Part shown: positions 11,321 to 24,400 of the stretch, piece by piece
Layout: each line of letters starts with the position of its first letter
Position numbering within the stretch: the first letter of the stretch is position 1
Assembly (NCBI GenBank): GCA_977030845.1
Contig: OZ365112.1
Span: 22,878,001-22,942,000, forward strand
Source: Fimbriosthenelais zetlandica
Lineage: Eukaryota
DNA: 64,000 nt
Direction: 5' to 3'
Translations under genes and position numbers: made by a program
Notes under the pieces: model-generated
Told to the model about the DNA's origin: nothing
The model's input: only the letters and a program-made list of their open reading frames with translations
Database searches by the model: none

Positions 11321-14300
11321 GGCTATGGTTTCTCCTCTCAATGATGTTCAGTTCACATTGGAGCTCAAACAAAGCGGCGGTTTGCTCCTTTGTTGGTTGG
11401 ATTGATTGAGTGGGCTGGGCCTTACACAGGATACAATATGTAACGAGGTTTGTTCTCGGGTCACTACAGGTGTGTTTCTGGTTGCTGCTCTCTTTGTGTC
11501 CACGTTAACATATAGAATCTGAAATAAGAGACGAGTAACCCATTAACAATGAAATGATGGATGGACCCTTTCAGTGTAATCTAGGGGCGGGTCTGACCCA
11601 AGGGACGGGGTCGTATGGTGTGGTGGTGCGGGGGTCGGGGTGAGTGGAGGGAGTTCTCCATTTAACCTCACAAGCTTTCGGATCTGTCCTTGGCTTTAAT
11701 GCCTGATATGCTTAGAATATTACAGAGTTCAATATCAACCTCGGTAAACCTTATTATATATAAGCATTTAGATCAATGCTTGATAGAGCCTGCTTATAAA
11801 TTAAAGAGTACTAAGGCGCTAAACAAAACATTTTTGGGGGCCTAATGTTGCATAAAATCTGCTCCTCGGGCATTCTTACTGGATCGCTCAAACTGATCAG
11901 TGCATTAAGATTAAGTAGGTGATACAGGCACCTTGACATTTTTTGTGTAGTACTGCGGCATCTCAACAATAACATTTTACCAGAATCTTCCTGGTTAAAT
12001 TTGCTAGGTATCTTCAATTGGTGCAGACATAGAGGGTCATTATGCCCTCATTGATATAATTCCCTCTGGATCCTTACCTCTGCATGCCAATCTCTAATTC
12101 ACTATTATTTAACACTCCCATAGTCTCTGATACCAGACTGAATACCATTGTATGTGTGTATACATTATGCAGCAGTACTTGTACAGTACTACACTTCAGT
12201 GACAAGGGGTCTATAGAATCAACACAGCATACCTCAATGATGTTGGTAGCCTTGAGTACATCAGAAAGCGGAGCTGCTCCGTGAGTCACTCAGCATAAAC
12301 AAACTACCCTTCAATCTTCTTCCTGGTTGAAGAAAGGTGGGAGGACGGTAGTGAGTGAAGTTTCTCAGGCTCAACAAGTCTCTAAATCCAACATCAATTA
12401 ATATTATTTGTTTACGGGAACTGAACAACTCCCCTCACAATTTCTGGCAGATATTTGCTTCTGGAATGTTTAGGAACTTGAGGGAAAGCCCACACGACTA
12501 TCTCATTAAATATTTAGTCCAGAAATCAATTGGACATTGAAAAGGGTGAAGCTTTATGCTATGGTGAAATATCTGTTTCCAATTGTCAGGTTTGAGTTGG
12601 TCCAAGACTGATTATGTGATATATGTTCTCTTATAAGAGCAGTGAAGTCTGGCCCAGGTCAGACCCGTTTGACCACTCCATGACCTGTGAGCTGTAACAG
12701 TGGATCTACCCTACTTTAAACCCTACTTTGAACAGACTATTCTACTTACTGACAAGACTTAGGGCATATAGTGCAAAATAGTGGCCTTTAGTTGTACTGC
12801 TTACTCGTTCTCTAAAAGATTATCTGGCAGCTGAACTGATCAATCCCAATGATACGAAGCCAGTGGTATCGATTAACCTTTAAATATTTGTGTCACAAGT
12901 GATATTTGTATGCAACTTGCCAATATTGGGACATTCTAGTCCAGTTCACCATGTTCAGTGTCCCCTTGTAAGTGTGCGCTGACTGGGGAAATGTTGCAAG
13001 ATTAAAAGAAAAAACTGAATATTATGTTTATAAAGTATAGACAAACCTGTTGATATATGAGATGCCGCGCTATGGTATTAGCCTACTTTATGGTTGTCTA
13101 TTTGTATGGTGAAGTGGTTGATGCCTGGATGGAACTGGTGGATGTTTTATAGGGCTCTGGTAGGGCTATATGGGCTATAATCCTTTGTTATGTTTGTCAT
13201 ACAGGTGTGATCGTTGTCAGGGATCTCTAGCAGACAGATGTGTGATCCAGATGTGATATCTCCCAGATCTGAGCTCAAAATCCAGAGTTGTGTAATTTCT
13301 TAGTTTTCTGAAAATCCTGGTGTGGAAATGAATGATATCAGGGCTTGATCTCTGGTGCTGATTGATTTCTCACAGACTGATTGTCAAGAGTATTTTTTTA
13401 AATCAAAATCTCACATTTAGGGATCTCAGAAGCTATGATATGAGTAGAATATCAAAATGAAGTTTGAACTTTTGGAAGTATGTAGCGGGCGTGTGTTCAC
13501 AGTGTGAGGGTTGGGTAGATGATGCAGCCTGCCAGCTCCAGCCTTGGTCTTTGTAATACTGATACCTTAATGCTGGCCTCCTCTATCTCACACTCACGAC
13601 GCTGGTGAGGGACTCAGTGCTAGCTTTATGGCGTGCCAAATGTTATATATGTTGTTGATACAATGTGTAGGGATGTTAGGTAACAAATGGGAGGTAACAA
13701 ATCTTCCTGATACATTTGGAAATTGTCCAGGTTTTACGAAGGGGAGCGCATGAAAACATATAGCAGTAGAATATATTATATCCATCCATATCATGCTTTT
13801 GATACATGCAATGATATATGATAATGAAATGAATGAATTAACCACACCAGTTGATCCCAGTATCCATGGATATCGTCACGCCACTCTAGTTTTTAGCTGT
13901 AATTATTGCATTGTTGTAGCAACCCGTGAATGAGTTTGCAGAATTAGGGGAAATTTTACAGTATTTGGGAGGCAAACATCCCGAAACTTTGTTTTCGGAG
14001 GTTAGAAGTAATGTTTGGATCTCAACCCCATGTGAAATTGCCAGGCCTCTAACTCGGTCCTAAGAGAAAAAAGTTTTCTCTTTTAAGCTTTCAGCTTTAG
14101 CTGATAAGAGCTAAAGGGACTATCTGTGTTTTTGGAATGAAATTTACAACTAACAATCTGTGGGGGCATCTTTACCCCTCAAACAGTTTAAAAATCATCT
14201 GCTCTAAAAGGCACCGAGTGGCGGAGCAATGTGTTACACACTATCTTACCACTTAATATCCAGCTAGGTGAGTGTGAGTGTGGTCCTACTTTACTCTCAC

Positions 14301-15716
14301 TGTTTGCCTATTTCATCTTAAGGCACTTGAGCCTGAGACATGCGAGTCAAGTACTGTAATAGATACAGAACAGCTGGCTAGTTGTAGCAATGATTTTTAT
14401 GTTTCATTCATGGTCTCACGCAAATACTTTAGAATGTTTCAGTTGGTAAAATTCAATACCAAATTAAAGTTAGGCTACACACGGGCATTGATATTGAATG
14501 TCAATTGATGTTAATTCATTCTCTTTTGTTTTAATCTTCCGACAGTTTAAAGATATGGATCACAGACCCCTACAGTTTATGTTATTCCTTCTGTTTGATT
14601 CTTTGGTGCCTGGGTAGGCCTATATTCTCCCTTTTCGAACATGAATGGATGATTCTTTATATTTGTATGGATCTGTGGCGACACGAGCCGGGATTGTTAG
14701 TAATCACGACCTAGATCATTGGGAATAGTTACTGGTTTACTGCATCCACAGTCGCCTCTTATAGACAAGGGAGGGCGCCACAGAACCATTACGCGCAGTT
14801 AGGTTTTCCATAGCACCATGTTCGGCGTTTGAATTGCTAGGAAAGAGACTGAAGAAGTTTTTCTTTCATTAGTTGAACCATCTATCTACGTCTATGGTTG
14901 AACTTCATTAATAAGTGTTTCAGGTATTATCCGCCTGGAACTGGTCACAGGTCACCACTAGGAGGGGGTGCTATGGGAAAAGGACAAGGGCACTTAGGGG
15001 TCCAACAATTGAGGGCATTTGGCGGTTCAAAAAGGACATTTGGGAAAGTAAAAGGGGTCAAAGAAGTGTATTTGCATGGGGGTGTCGGGGGTGTCCAGAA
15101 AGATAGTCTGGATCCACCTCTGCAGGTTAGAGGAGAGGTGTAGCTGAAGAGGTTAGTCTTGATCAGTTTGGACGTGCAAGGTCAAATGACACACAACTCT
15201 TGCACCATGCATATATATATATCCCCATCAGTTTCCCTAAAGCCTTATAGGCTCCCTATCCCCAAACAAGGCTCTGAACTGACCACTGGGGACATCTACT
15301 GGCTGTAAACAATGATCTAAGCAGGCTTAGGTAAGCCCTGACAGGGTGTGAGCACGTTCTACAAGTGCTGCTTGTTTTCAGGCAAATGCTTTAGGTCCTT
15401 TACATCAATAGAAGTGAGAATGGACGGTTGTGAGGTCTCAAAGGGGAGTTGTAGTGATTTTCCGGGGATATTTATCATTCCCCCCGGCCCCTCTCCCATC
15501 CCCTGTACAAATAGGAAAGTCTACTTTTTGTTCAACGGTAGAATTTGAGACATGCATGTAAATGTCTCCGCAGATGCCCCTGAAAAATAATACTATTTTG
15601 GCTTTGCACGACAAGAGAGCTATTGCCGTTTTGCACGACATTAAACCCAAATGCAGTCTCCCCACACTTTTGGTTTCCATACTTTCAATATCTCCCCTAA
15701 AAATAATGTGGCATAA

Positions 15717-16022
15717 TTATGTGTTTTGATGCCTATAATGGCTATGGTCTTGTAAGAGAGTGAAATGACATCTGGTAGTATTGGTGGAGTAATTGGTGAC
15801 GTAGATGATGAGTGAGATGGTCAGTGTCATCCTGACCTCTGTATTATTAGGCAAGTTCCTTGTCACACTGACCACACCTCCGTCATCACTCACCGCCACC
15901 TCTGACCATGATGCAATGGCCTTGAAATGGTCAGTGTTGAAGTAATCGATCACTGTCCTGGCTGGACATTGGATCTGTACTGGGGAATGGGGTATGGGAT
16001 ATAAGTAGAAGAGGGGATACAT
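15717..16022 (-). other. Orphan ORF/exon resembling one degenerate HYR (hyalin repeat) domain
   Basis: The translation PVQIQCPART...AIASWSEVAVSDDGGVVSVTRNLPNNTEV...VTNYSTNTTRCHFTLLQD follows the recalled HYR pattern P.I.CP...A.V.W.EP...D.SG.V.V...F...ATD.SGN...C.F.V. A strong polypyrimidine acceptor would give an exon start at 15979. Confidence 0.4.
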
Positions 16023-17399
16023 CTTGGTGGTTATTCATCACTCCACTGGGCAGTAGGCACCATGTTGGATATGGTCTATAGGGGAAGCAGAAAAAATGGG
16101 CAGTGTGTAGGTAGAAGGTGTTAGATAAGCTAGCTTGTTATTAGTGAATAATGGAGGTAAGGCTGGGGGATTTTATTGCTGATTTCTTTCTTTATGATAT
16201 GCCTCATTATATCATCACTAGTATTAGGTAAATAACCAGCGTCTCAAATGAACTGTTGTTTGTACAAATGAATATATGCCATCTCAGCTTTCGGGGGGTC
16301 ATTAGTGACACAGGTAGCTGCATGTCTTATACATGTATATGTTCCGTCATTATGTATGAATAAGTGAACAATATCTGACCAATGATTGAAATCAAGCTTA
16401 TTTAATGAAGCCTCCGTTATGTCACTTTGATTTGACATCTCTGGAAGAGTTCCTGTGTAAGACTTTCTTTAAGGGCCCCTGTATGAGGAGGCCTTCGGGA
16501 GCTTGTGTATTTAACCTGAAGAAGTTACCAGATTCTATATACTACTTAGTACTACGGTACATGAAGCCCTTGCAGTTAGACACCCATAACGAATGTAACA
16601 CATACGTACTTACGTCCACATTGTGGGGCAAGTTCTCCTGGGCCCGTCTGGGTGTCTGCCTGCCGTGTCATTATACAATGTACGTACATTGGTATATCTT
16701 TATATCATGTAGGCACAGGCTACTGCAACACAGCTGGGACTAACTGTTTTACCTAATGCAGTGATGTACTTACTATGGTTCTAAAGGGGCAGGGTAGAGG
16801 ATGTGGGAGGAATAATACAAGTGAAAAAGAGATCGGAGGGTTAATGATAAATTTATCTCAGCGTTATTTGGTATTAACACTTTATTTACTACGGTCAAGC
16901 TTTGTCTGCCCTGTCTGATGTAGAAGGACAGCATAAGACATATTTTAGTATCTGTTCTAAACGGACTAATGGGGTGGGGTTTCAGTACATATTTCTAAAT
17001 GCATATCTACTTCCGTGACACATGGCATATAGAATGGCAAGAAGCACCTGGAAGCTATTGCCAGACAGAACAGCTTCATTCTGCCAATTAAAACATCCCG
17101 GGAAGAAAATTAATTATTATTTTCTGTTATTTTTAACTGTCCTTTAGAGGTCAGTCCCCAGACCACCTCCGTCCAGGTCTGCTGAGCTGAAAAAAACTGC
17201 TCCCGCACCCCCTCCCTCCGTGCCACGACCTTCTTGCAAAACAGTTTCTACAATGAAAAATTCATAGACATTCCAATGGGGTGTTTGAATGTCAGTGGCA
17301 TGCAGTGGATTCAATTTCCTTTTAATATCGATTTTATTTAACATGATTCCTTGGCCGACAGCTATTATACCAATGAAAGAAAAATACAATCCAACAATA

Positions 17400-20039
17400 T
17401 AACATTTGATTGCAAGTCGTTATTTTATTACAAACTTAAAAATATGTAACAATATAAACATCATACAATAGTGGCAAATTTTAGGGCATGGATGAATAAT
17501 TCAAGTTTCCCAAGTAACCCGTTCATATTGCACATTACATACATAGAAAAGAATCAATCAAGTAAATTTCCCAGTAGAAGTTATGCATGACATCATAATT
17601 GACTTGGATTTCTGATATCCCGAATCAAAATAAATAATCATCTCCTTGTCTGCTTAAGTAACCTCTTCAGCCAACAAGTTAAGCTTTATTGTTTCCTCTA
17701 ACTCTTTTTGAACCCTTGGTAATGGCAATCTCTTGCGGTATAAAATTAAAGCACACCACGAACCTGTTTCTATATCTCGTCTTTAAAGTAGAAAATATAA
17801 TATTTGTCATAATTATCCCAGCATATCATTAAATGGAAATAATACACCCAGATTAAAGTCATGCATGCAGAAGATATCCTTATATTAATGTTATATAACC
17901 AACATCTTCATATGCACACCATAAATACTCTCTTGAATGTTAAAAACTTCTTTATGCACATAGTATTTTTGTCGCACAATGCAAATTAAATATGTTCATT
18001 TAAGTATGAAAAATATGCCCCTTCTCATAAAGGGGGTCTTTCACTGCGACAAGCCAAACTACTTCAGAAAGATTTTCCTCTAATTATAAGCTACATTATT
18101 TGACCTGTTATCGATCTTACAATTTACTCTTCCGTAATACTATGATAATAGTTATATACAGTTCAAATACATAGACAATGTGTGCAAATTTATGGCAATA
18201 AATAAAATAATAAATAAATACACACTGTCAAACCCGATATCACGCTGTGTGAGGAATGAAAGCTTTCAATAAAGGCAGTTAATCAACAAAATAAAACACA
18301 TACCTAAGCTATATAAAGACACAATATTTGGTATTTTTGCCATTGCGAAGTTACCAAAATCTACGGCTGAAAATAATACTTTGTCCATTGAATGCAATGG
18401 GTGTGAAATATTGGAATCTAACACCAAAGCTTAACGAGGGGCGGCCATACCGGATGTACTGTACATAATTAAAATAGGTCCACTTGTCCAGCAGACTTGG
18501 CAGGTCTTTATCTTTTAACATGATAATGATAATATATTATTAATAATTAATAAATAATGACCAAGATAATAAGTCATCATCATCATCATCATCAACGTAT
18601 TAATGTCCACTAGTTCAACTCGACCCTATACCATACCTACACCCAAAATTAACTCCTTAATTCCCACCTCCATTCCATCGTGTATGGATGATAAAATATT
18701 ATGTAAAAGTACAGAGTATAAAAGTAAAGTATTATGCTACAAAATATATGCATTCTTACATCTTCTAACACCCCCTACAGACCATTGTCATAATTTGTAC
18801 ATTTGCAAAACTGTATGCACGTGAACAGCACAAGTTCCATAATATGATATCACAAGGCATACTATACCATGTCGTGGAAAACAATATCGATATATATTTT
18901 TGACATGAAAACTTCAATTCATCAGCTTTTTAATCTTCCTGCAGTATTACTTATTATCATTGCAAGATGATGTCTGATCAGAGAGCATTGACAAAATCAT
19001 TGATACAATCCTAAGACAAGTCTATTCTTCATCATACACATGCAACAATTTTCAGTATAGCATCGTGTACTGTTTAAAAGTTAAAAGTTGTGACACTCAC
19101 AGTCGAATACTGAAAATAGAAAAGATAGTCTTGACACGAATAGGAGAAAAGCAAAATGCATCAAGTCACTTCTAGTATAATTATTATAGGCTATGCTGTG
19201 GCATACGCATGTCCTACACTATTCGTTTCATGAGACCAAGAAACAGCCTATGAAAGCAGCATTGAGAGCCTGCTTCAGAAAACAATACTCTAGATAGACA
19301 AGGTGTAAAAATATATTATGTAATCTTTATATATGCCGGAAATAGCAAAGTAGCAGTCTCTTTCTTTGACGAGCTCAATATCATCTGAAAAAAGATGAAG
19401 GAACTAAAGACACGAAGGCAACAGATGATCTATCACAAGGAATTCCTATTTTATGTCTTTCTGGCAGTAAGTTCCTCACTTATTGTTGACTACACTGTTT
19501 ACACGGGAGAGAAACGTCACTGTTGTTAGGGAGATTGAGATTAGTGTATTGAGAAAGACGGATGCAGGGATACACTGTCTGGCCTGAATTCCTGTCCGTG
19601 GTGGCAGGACGAAAAGACCGAAAGAGAGATGGAATAGTTTGTAGAATGCTCTAGCATGAAATCACTTCTCAGGGGACCTCCCTCCTCAAAAACTGAGACA
19701 CTGAGCACTAAACCCATAGTTATGGCTGATTATTAAAACAAATTGAGATAACCTTCTAACATAAAAAGTCATTTCATAGAAATCGGTCCAGAAGAATATC
19801 TTCCCCTTCATTACAAACTTTCTCTCCATCTCTGATTAATTATGCACTCAGTCTTATGGCCTCGTAGGCTGGGTATCTTCGTTTACAATGTCAGTAGAAT
19901 TCAAACTGCCAAATATACGTGGTTATGTTTTCTACTCATCAATTCAAGCTTTCCAGATGATTTTTCCTGGGCTGATGACTCCCATGTGCCAGAAACAGAT
20001 TCTGAGACTGGCCCAGCCCTAGTCCTTCCTTTTGCTTCC
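17400..20039 (-). other. Probable long (about 2.6 kb) 3'UTR of Tob
   Basis: U-rich on the minus strand with no credible exons. A minus-strand AATAAA lies near 17423-17428, followed by a GU/U-rich downstream element. The 3' end is inferred. Confidence 0.5.
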
Positions 20040-21407
20040 TCAGTTGGCGACAAGGAGATGCTGCAAGCTGGGGTAGTTAGCCAGATTGTTCTGATTCATA
20101 CTGTCAATAAAGTTTTTATGAGACAGACTAGACTCTGGTGAAGGTAGGTTCTGGTTGAGACCAGGGGCGGAGGTTGAACCAGCAGACATCCCCCCACTGC
20201 GAGGACTTCCAGCTCCAGGGAACATCTCCTGGAGACCAGGCATGTTGTTTGAATGGCCACCATAGGAAGGCGAGGGGGTGAAAGGTCCCAACATGGATCC
20301 ATACAGATCTGTCATCGATCCATAGATGGGTGAGGCTAATCCTGACGGTAGAGTCCCATGGAGGTTACCTTGTGCTGCTGCTTGTTGCTGCATCATGAAG
20401 TAATGTTGCAACCTGTTTGGACTGCCTTCCAGAGCCATTGGATGGATCGGGCCTGGTGCCCTGACAGGAGACCTTGGACTCAGGGTGCGCGGCCTCTGGG
20501 CCATACCTTGGTTTTGAGTATGGAGTCCACTTGCTGCTGCCCCGAATGGGTTCTGAGGCATCGGTGGTGGACAACTGGGCCCGGATGGTAATCCATGTGG
20601 TGGAGATCTCTGCTTGATGTAAGCACCAAGCTCTGTTGGAGAAAGCCTGGATGGTCTCTTAGCTTGGGTCTTCAGTTTGGTAGAACCGAACTTGGTCTGG
20701 GCGAACATGGCTGTTGTCATTGTGTTGTTCTGTTGGTTGCGGTTAAGGAAGGAAGCAATGGGAGCAGCATTGGTTGTTCCTGAAGAACCTGTGCTCCCTG
20801 ATGGTGAGGTTGAACCATTATAGCTCCTTGCTGGAGCAATAGGTGACACGGAACCTGTCCCCCATGGACTGGTGGCACCTGAAGCCACTGGTGCAGTTGG
20901 TGTCGGAGTGGGTGATGTTGTAGCAGGAGAAACACTGAGGTTAGAGAGGGAGGAGGAGAGAGAATCAATGGGTTTGAAGCACTGAGCATCTGGGTTGAAG
21001 CCTTTAGAGGCTGTTGCTATTTCTTTGTCCACTCCCTGGAATGATTCGCGGTCTCCACGTGAAGAATAGAGCACTTTGACGATGCCCTTCTCACCGATCC
21101 TGTATGAGACCTCGCCGGGGTCGATCCAGAGGGTCAGGTCCTTGGGGAGGTACTCCTTTATTTCCTCAATTTCCAGGCGACTCAGTCTGGCTGCCAGTTC
21201 CATGAGAGGCTCCACCTTCTCCGTGGATACACGGATACACCTGTAGGCTGAACCTTTGTATGGCTTGTCATCGTACCAATGTCCTTCAAATTTACTCTTA
21301 ATGCCCTTCTCCAACTCCTCACCAAACATGTCAACGCGCCTGCGCGGTAACTTATTGTACAAGTAGGAGATGACAAAGTTCAAAGCCACAGACACTTCAA
21401 CGTGCAT
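20040..21407 (-). CDS. TOB: Tob protein (BTG/Tob antiproliferative family, CCR4-NOT deadenylase adaptor), 455 aa, single coding exon
   Basis: BTG domain with box A (GHWYDDKPYKGSAYRCI) and box B (LPKDLTLWIDPGEVSYRIGE). Also a PAM2 motif (KGFNPDAQCFKPI), the Tob motif TTAMFAQTKFGSTKLK and the Tob-type C-terminus LQHLLVAN. Confidence 0.96.
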   Translation of the reverse strand: MHVEVSVALNFVISYLYNKLPRRRVDMFGEELEKGIKSKFEGHWYDDKPYKGSAYRCIRVSTEKVEPLMELAARLSRLEIEEIKEYLPKDLTLWIDPGEVSYRIGEKGIVKVLYSSRGDRESFQGVDKEIATASKGFNPDAQCFKPIDSLSSSLSNLSVSPATTSPTPTPTAPVASGATSPWGTGSVSPIAPARSYNGSTSPSGSTGSSGTTNAAPIASFLNRNQQNNTMTTAMFAQTKFGSTKLKTQAKRPSRLSPTELGAYIKQRSPPHGLPSGPSCPPPMPQNPFGAAASGLHTQNQGMAQRPRTLSPRSPVRAPGPIHPMALEGSPNRLQHYFMMQQQAAAQGNLHGTLPSGLASPIYGSMTDLYGSMLGPFTPSPSYGGHSNNMPGLQEMFPGAGSPRSGGMSAGSTSAPGLNQNLPSPESSLSHKNFIDSMNQNNLANYPSLQHLLVAN

Positions 21408-24400
21408 TTTGTCTGCCAGTTTTCTACCTCTCTGTCAATTTCCTTCAAGGAATCCTGGATGTGCTAGATGCACTTCAAGATGACTGTACTGCCTCTCTGG
21501 AGATTTTGTCGTTTTCACTTTGTTGTTGTTCGCTTAGTTTTCTTGTTCCATTGGCTGTATCCTCTGACTATGTTTCCGTCCTTTGGTTATTTGGCAGGCA
21601 GTTCCTGAAATGAAAATTTCGAGTGTTAGTATCAAAACATACGATTGTTGATGAAGTTAAAGATGTAACCTGTTCCGATTTTCCTCTGGAGAAGACTCTT
21701 TCTTTCAAAGTACTATGTATCTTCACATACATACCCCCTATATATCTGTCATGTGTGTAATAATTTATACAGCATTCATAAGTGACATTTATAACGGGAT
21801 GGTGATAAATATTATGATGGTTCATGACCATGTGCTACCTTTCTCAGCACCAGATAACAGATATCATATGTACAACTTGCAGCATTGCTTATCGCAGTTA
21901 TCGGTATGCCATTAATATTTTCATTTAGTATGTAAACTAAGCTGTCATATTGAAATATAGCTGAACTCCATCTGGCAGTTTTGCATCATGTTCTGCATTA
22001 CAATGCCACTCCTGGCAGTATATCATTGAAAAGAGTATAGATTATACTTACTACCACGAGCATCTGTCACTACCCATCTACATAGACGACACTATGTATT
22101 GCCTATTGCCCAATACCATCCCAAAGCATTGGCAAGTTAATGCAATATCTATGTATATAATTTAGGGGATGACTATGCTGTATTTTTGCATCATCCTATG
22201 TAAGAACAAAATGGCTCATTGCCCTACCTTTGTAATGAGCTGGAATATAGTTCTTGTATGTATGAACTTTCCCTCGCTATATATAATAGGTAGCCGAGAC
22301 CATTTTATAATAGTCACCATCCATGAAAGTGTCTGGGACGGTGGAAGAAAGACATCAAACTGTCGAATGTTGAATATCTTCCCCGGAATGAGAAAGCTGG
22401 AGGAAGAGTATGTATTCAGTATGGAGGTGTGTGTTTGAGTGGGGGGTGGGTGGGTATTGAGGGGGGGGGGGGGGTTGCTGCGTCATGACCGTGTAGAACT
22501 CTCTTACTCATACCTTCATTATTGGTGGATGGGGGGATGACCTATCAGGAATACTGACATGTCCTCATGAAATGTTTTAGACCTCCCTCACTCGTCCTTC
22601 ACGCTGTGTGTGGTGGCCAGGTAAAGGTCGTAATACATAATGAAACAAGGGGACATTTCCAACTCTGTACTGTTATATGATCATACTGGGCTCAGCCTTG
22701 TGCAAAACCATTTATATATATATATGGAATAACGATCGATGGTACTGGAGAGACTGGGAGTTGTGCAATGGGTATATTGGGCCTAGCTATAGAGGCCATC
22801 TGGGATGGCAGAAGGGATGTATTTAAAATGTATGTTTGTGAAAGAAGTTATAGCAGCTGTGCGGAATTTAAATATAACATGATAGAGTATGTATGAATGC
22901 ATATTGAACCTAATCATGAGAATATGAATGTGAGAATGAATGAATGGATGGATGAATGAAAGGATGGATGGATGGATGACCTTACATTTATTACAATTGT
23001 CAATGCACCCTTATCATACATGTAATGTAGGCCACATGTTGTAGGTCATATCTCTGGCTTTCAATTGAAATTCAAAATTGACCTATAGTCTTATTAAAAA
23101 TCCACCCGCATAACCTGAACGATGAATTTCACCTATCATAATGAAAGGTAATCCATTGAACATTAAGTTTAAATCCACGGACACAATAACTACAGCTTGC
23201 TGTTTATGTGTCCATTCATGCCAGCGGCTGAGGAGAGCTAGCTGTGCCAATTTAGCCGCGCATCCACCGGTTGTATAACAATGCTTAAGGTTATAAAATG
23301 AGTACAGGCACCCACCTCAGATGCACCTCCTTTATTGCTGCACAACCTATATAGGCTTAAACACATCGTTAAGCAACGAGGAGCACATCACCTATGCCAT
23401 AGATTGATGCAGCGCATCCTTGTTATGAAACCCCATGCAGATCCCTGATTAAATAATCATCATTCAAAGTCCTGTAACCAGGCTAGCTCCTCCAATACAA
23501 TAATGATACATTGAACCCTCTGTTGAAACCTCCTGAACTTTTAAAGATATAAAATAAATAAATCATCATTATGCATATGCATAATTTGCTAGGTGATATG
23601 AATTAGCTATAATCAATACAATCAAGTATGATATTTTTATGTACATTGTGTATGTGGAGGTTATTTAGATAAATAGTACATCTCGATACTTGTTATCAAG
23701 GTAATGGTACAGACTTGTCCATCACTCAGATATCGTGTTTACCCTCACCTCCAGTCAACATAGTAACTTTAGACTAGCCACAGTCCCCCACAAAGATCTC
23801 TAGTAGTCTTTTTCTTCTAGTTGATACATTCCAAGCCCAGTCCACCCTTGCCATATAATACACTTTCAAGATTAAATAATCAAATGGATTGTCTGGGTAC
23901 AACCTTTGAATAATTAAGATTTTGCCAGGGTTTGTATGAGAATGGATGTGAATTCAATCAGGCACATCCAGCACTCATATTGTGGAGAAGGAAGTTTGCC
24001 TACCAAGAGTAAACAGATCTTTTTAACATATGCTGCACCTATACTACAGTCGATTTTTTTTTATTCCTGACTGATCAACAATAAATATTTCCACTAACTC
24101 ATGTATATCGTCCATTCAGCCATTTCACTTCTATTTTACTGTCACCCGTAGTCTGTCCTATGGTATTTGAGTTATTGATAATGGAAATTGAGGACAGTTT
24201 ATAGTTTGAACACTTGTCTAAACACAATATGTGCAGTTTATGCATGCATGCATTCAATATAGGTCTACTGACGATTGGTTTTTCCTAGTATTGAATGCAG
24301 GCTTAATATTGTACTATAGACTCCTTATTTTCAAGTGGATGTAATATCGTTGCTGGAGTTATAGATACTCAACTTTTTCTTGGGACTGCCATAGTTCTAC

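Noticed and set aside
14898-15548. Plus-strand ORFs 14898-15143, 14915-15106 and 15348-15548 as exons of a hidden gene
   Set aside because: Acceptor-like sites exist, but no phase-consistent gene model or recognisable protein could be built.
16244-16438. Ig-like DGTYTC motif in a 64-aa minus-strand ORF
   Set aside because: The TYTC codons come from a TACATGTA palindrome (16330-16337), and no other Ig hallmark (first Cys, Trp spacing) is present.
17144-17389. 81-aa minus-strand ORF just beyond the Tob 3' end
   Set aside because: Its apparent acceptor is better explained as the U-rich element downstream of the Tob polyA site; the donor is weak and there is no domain.
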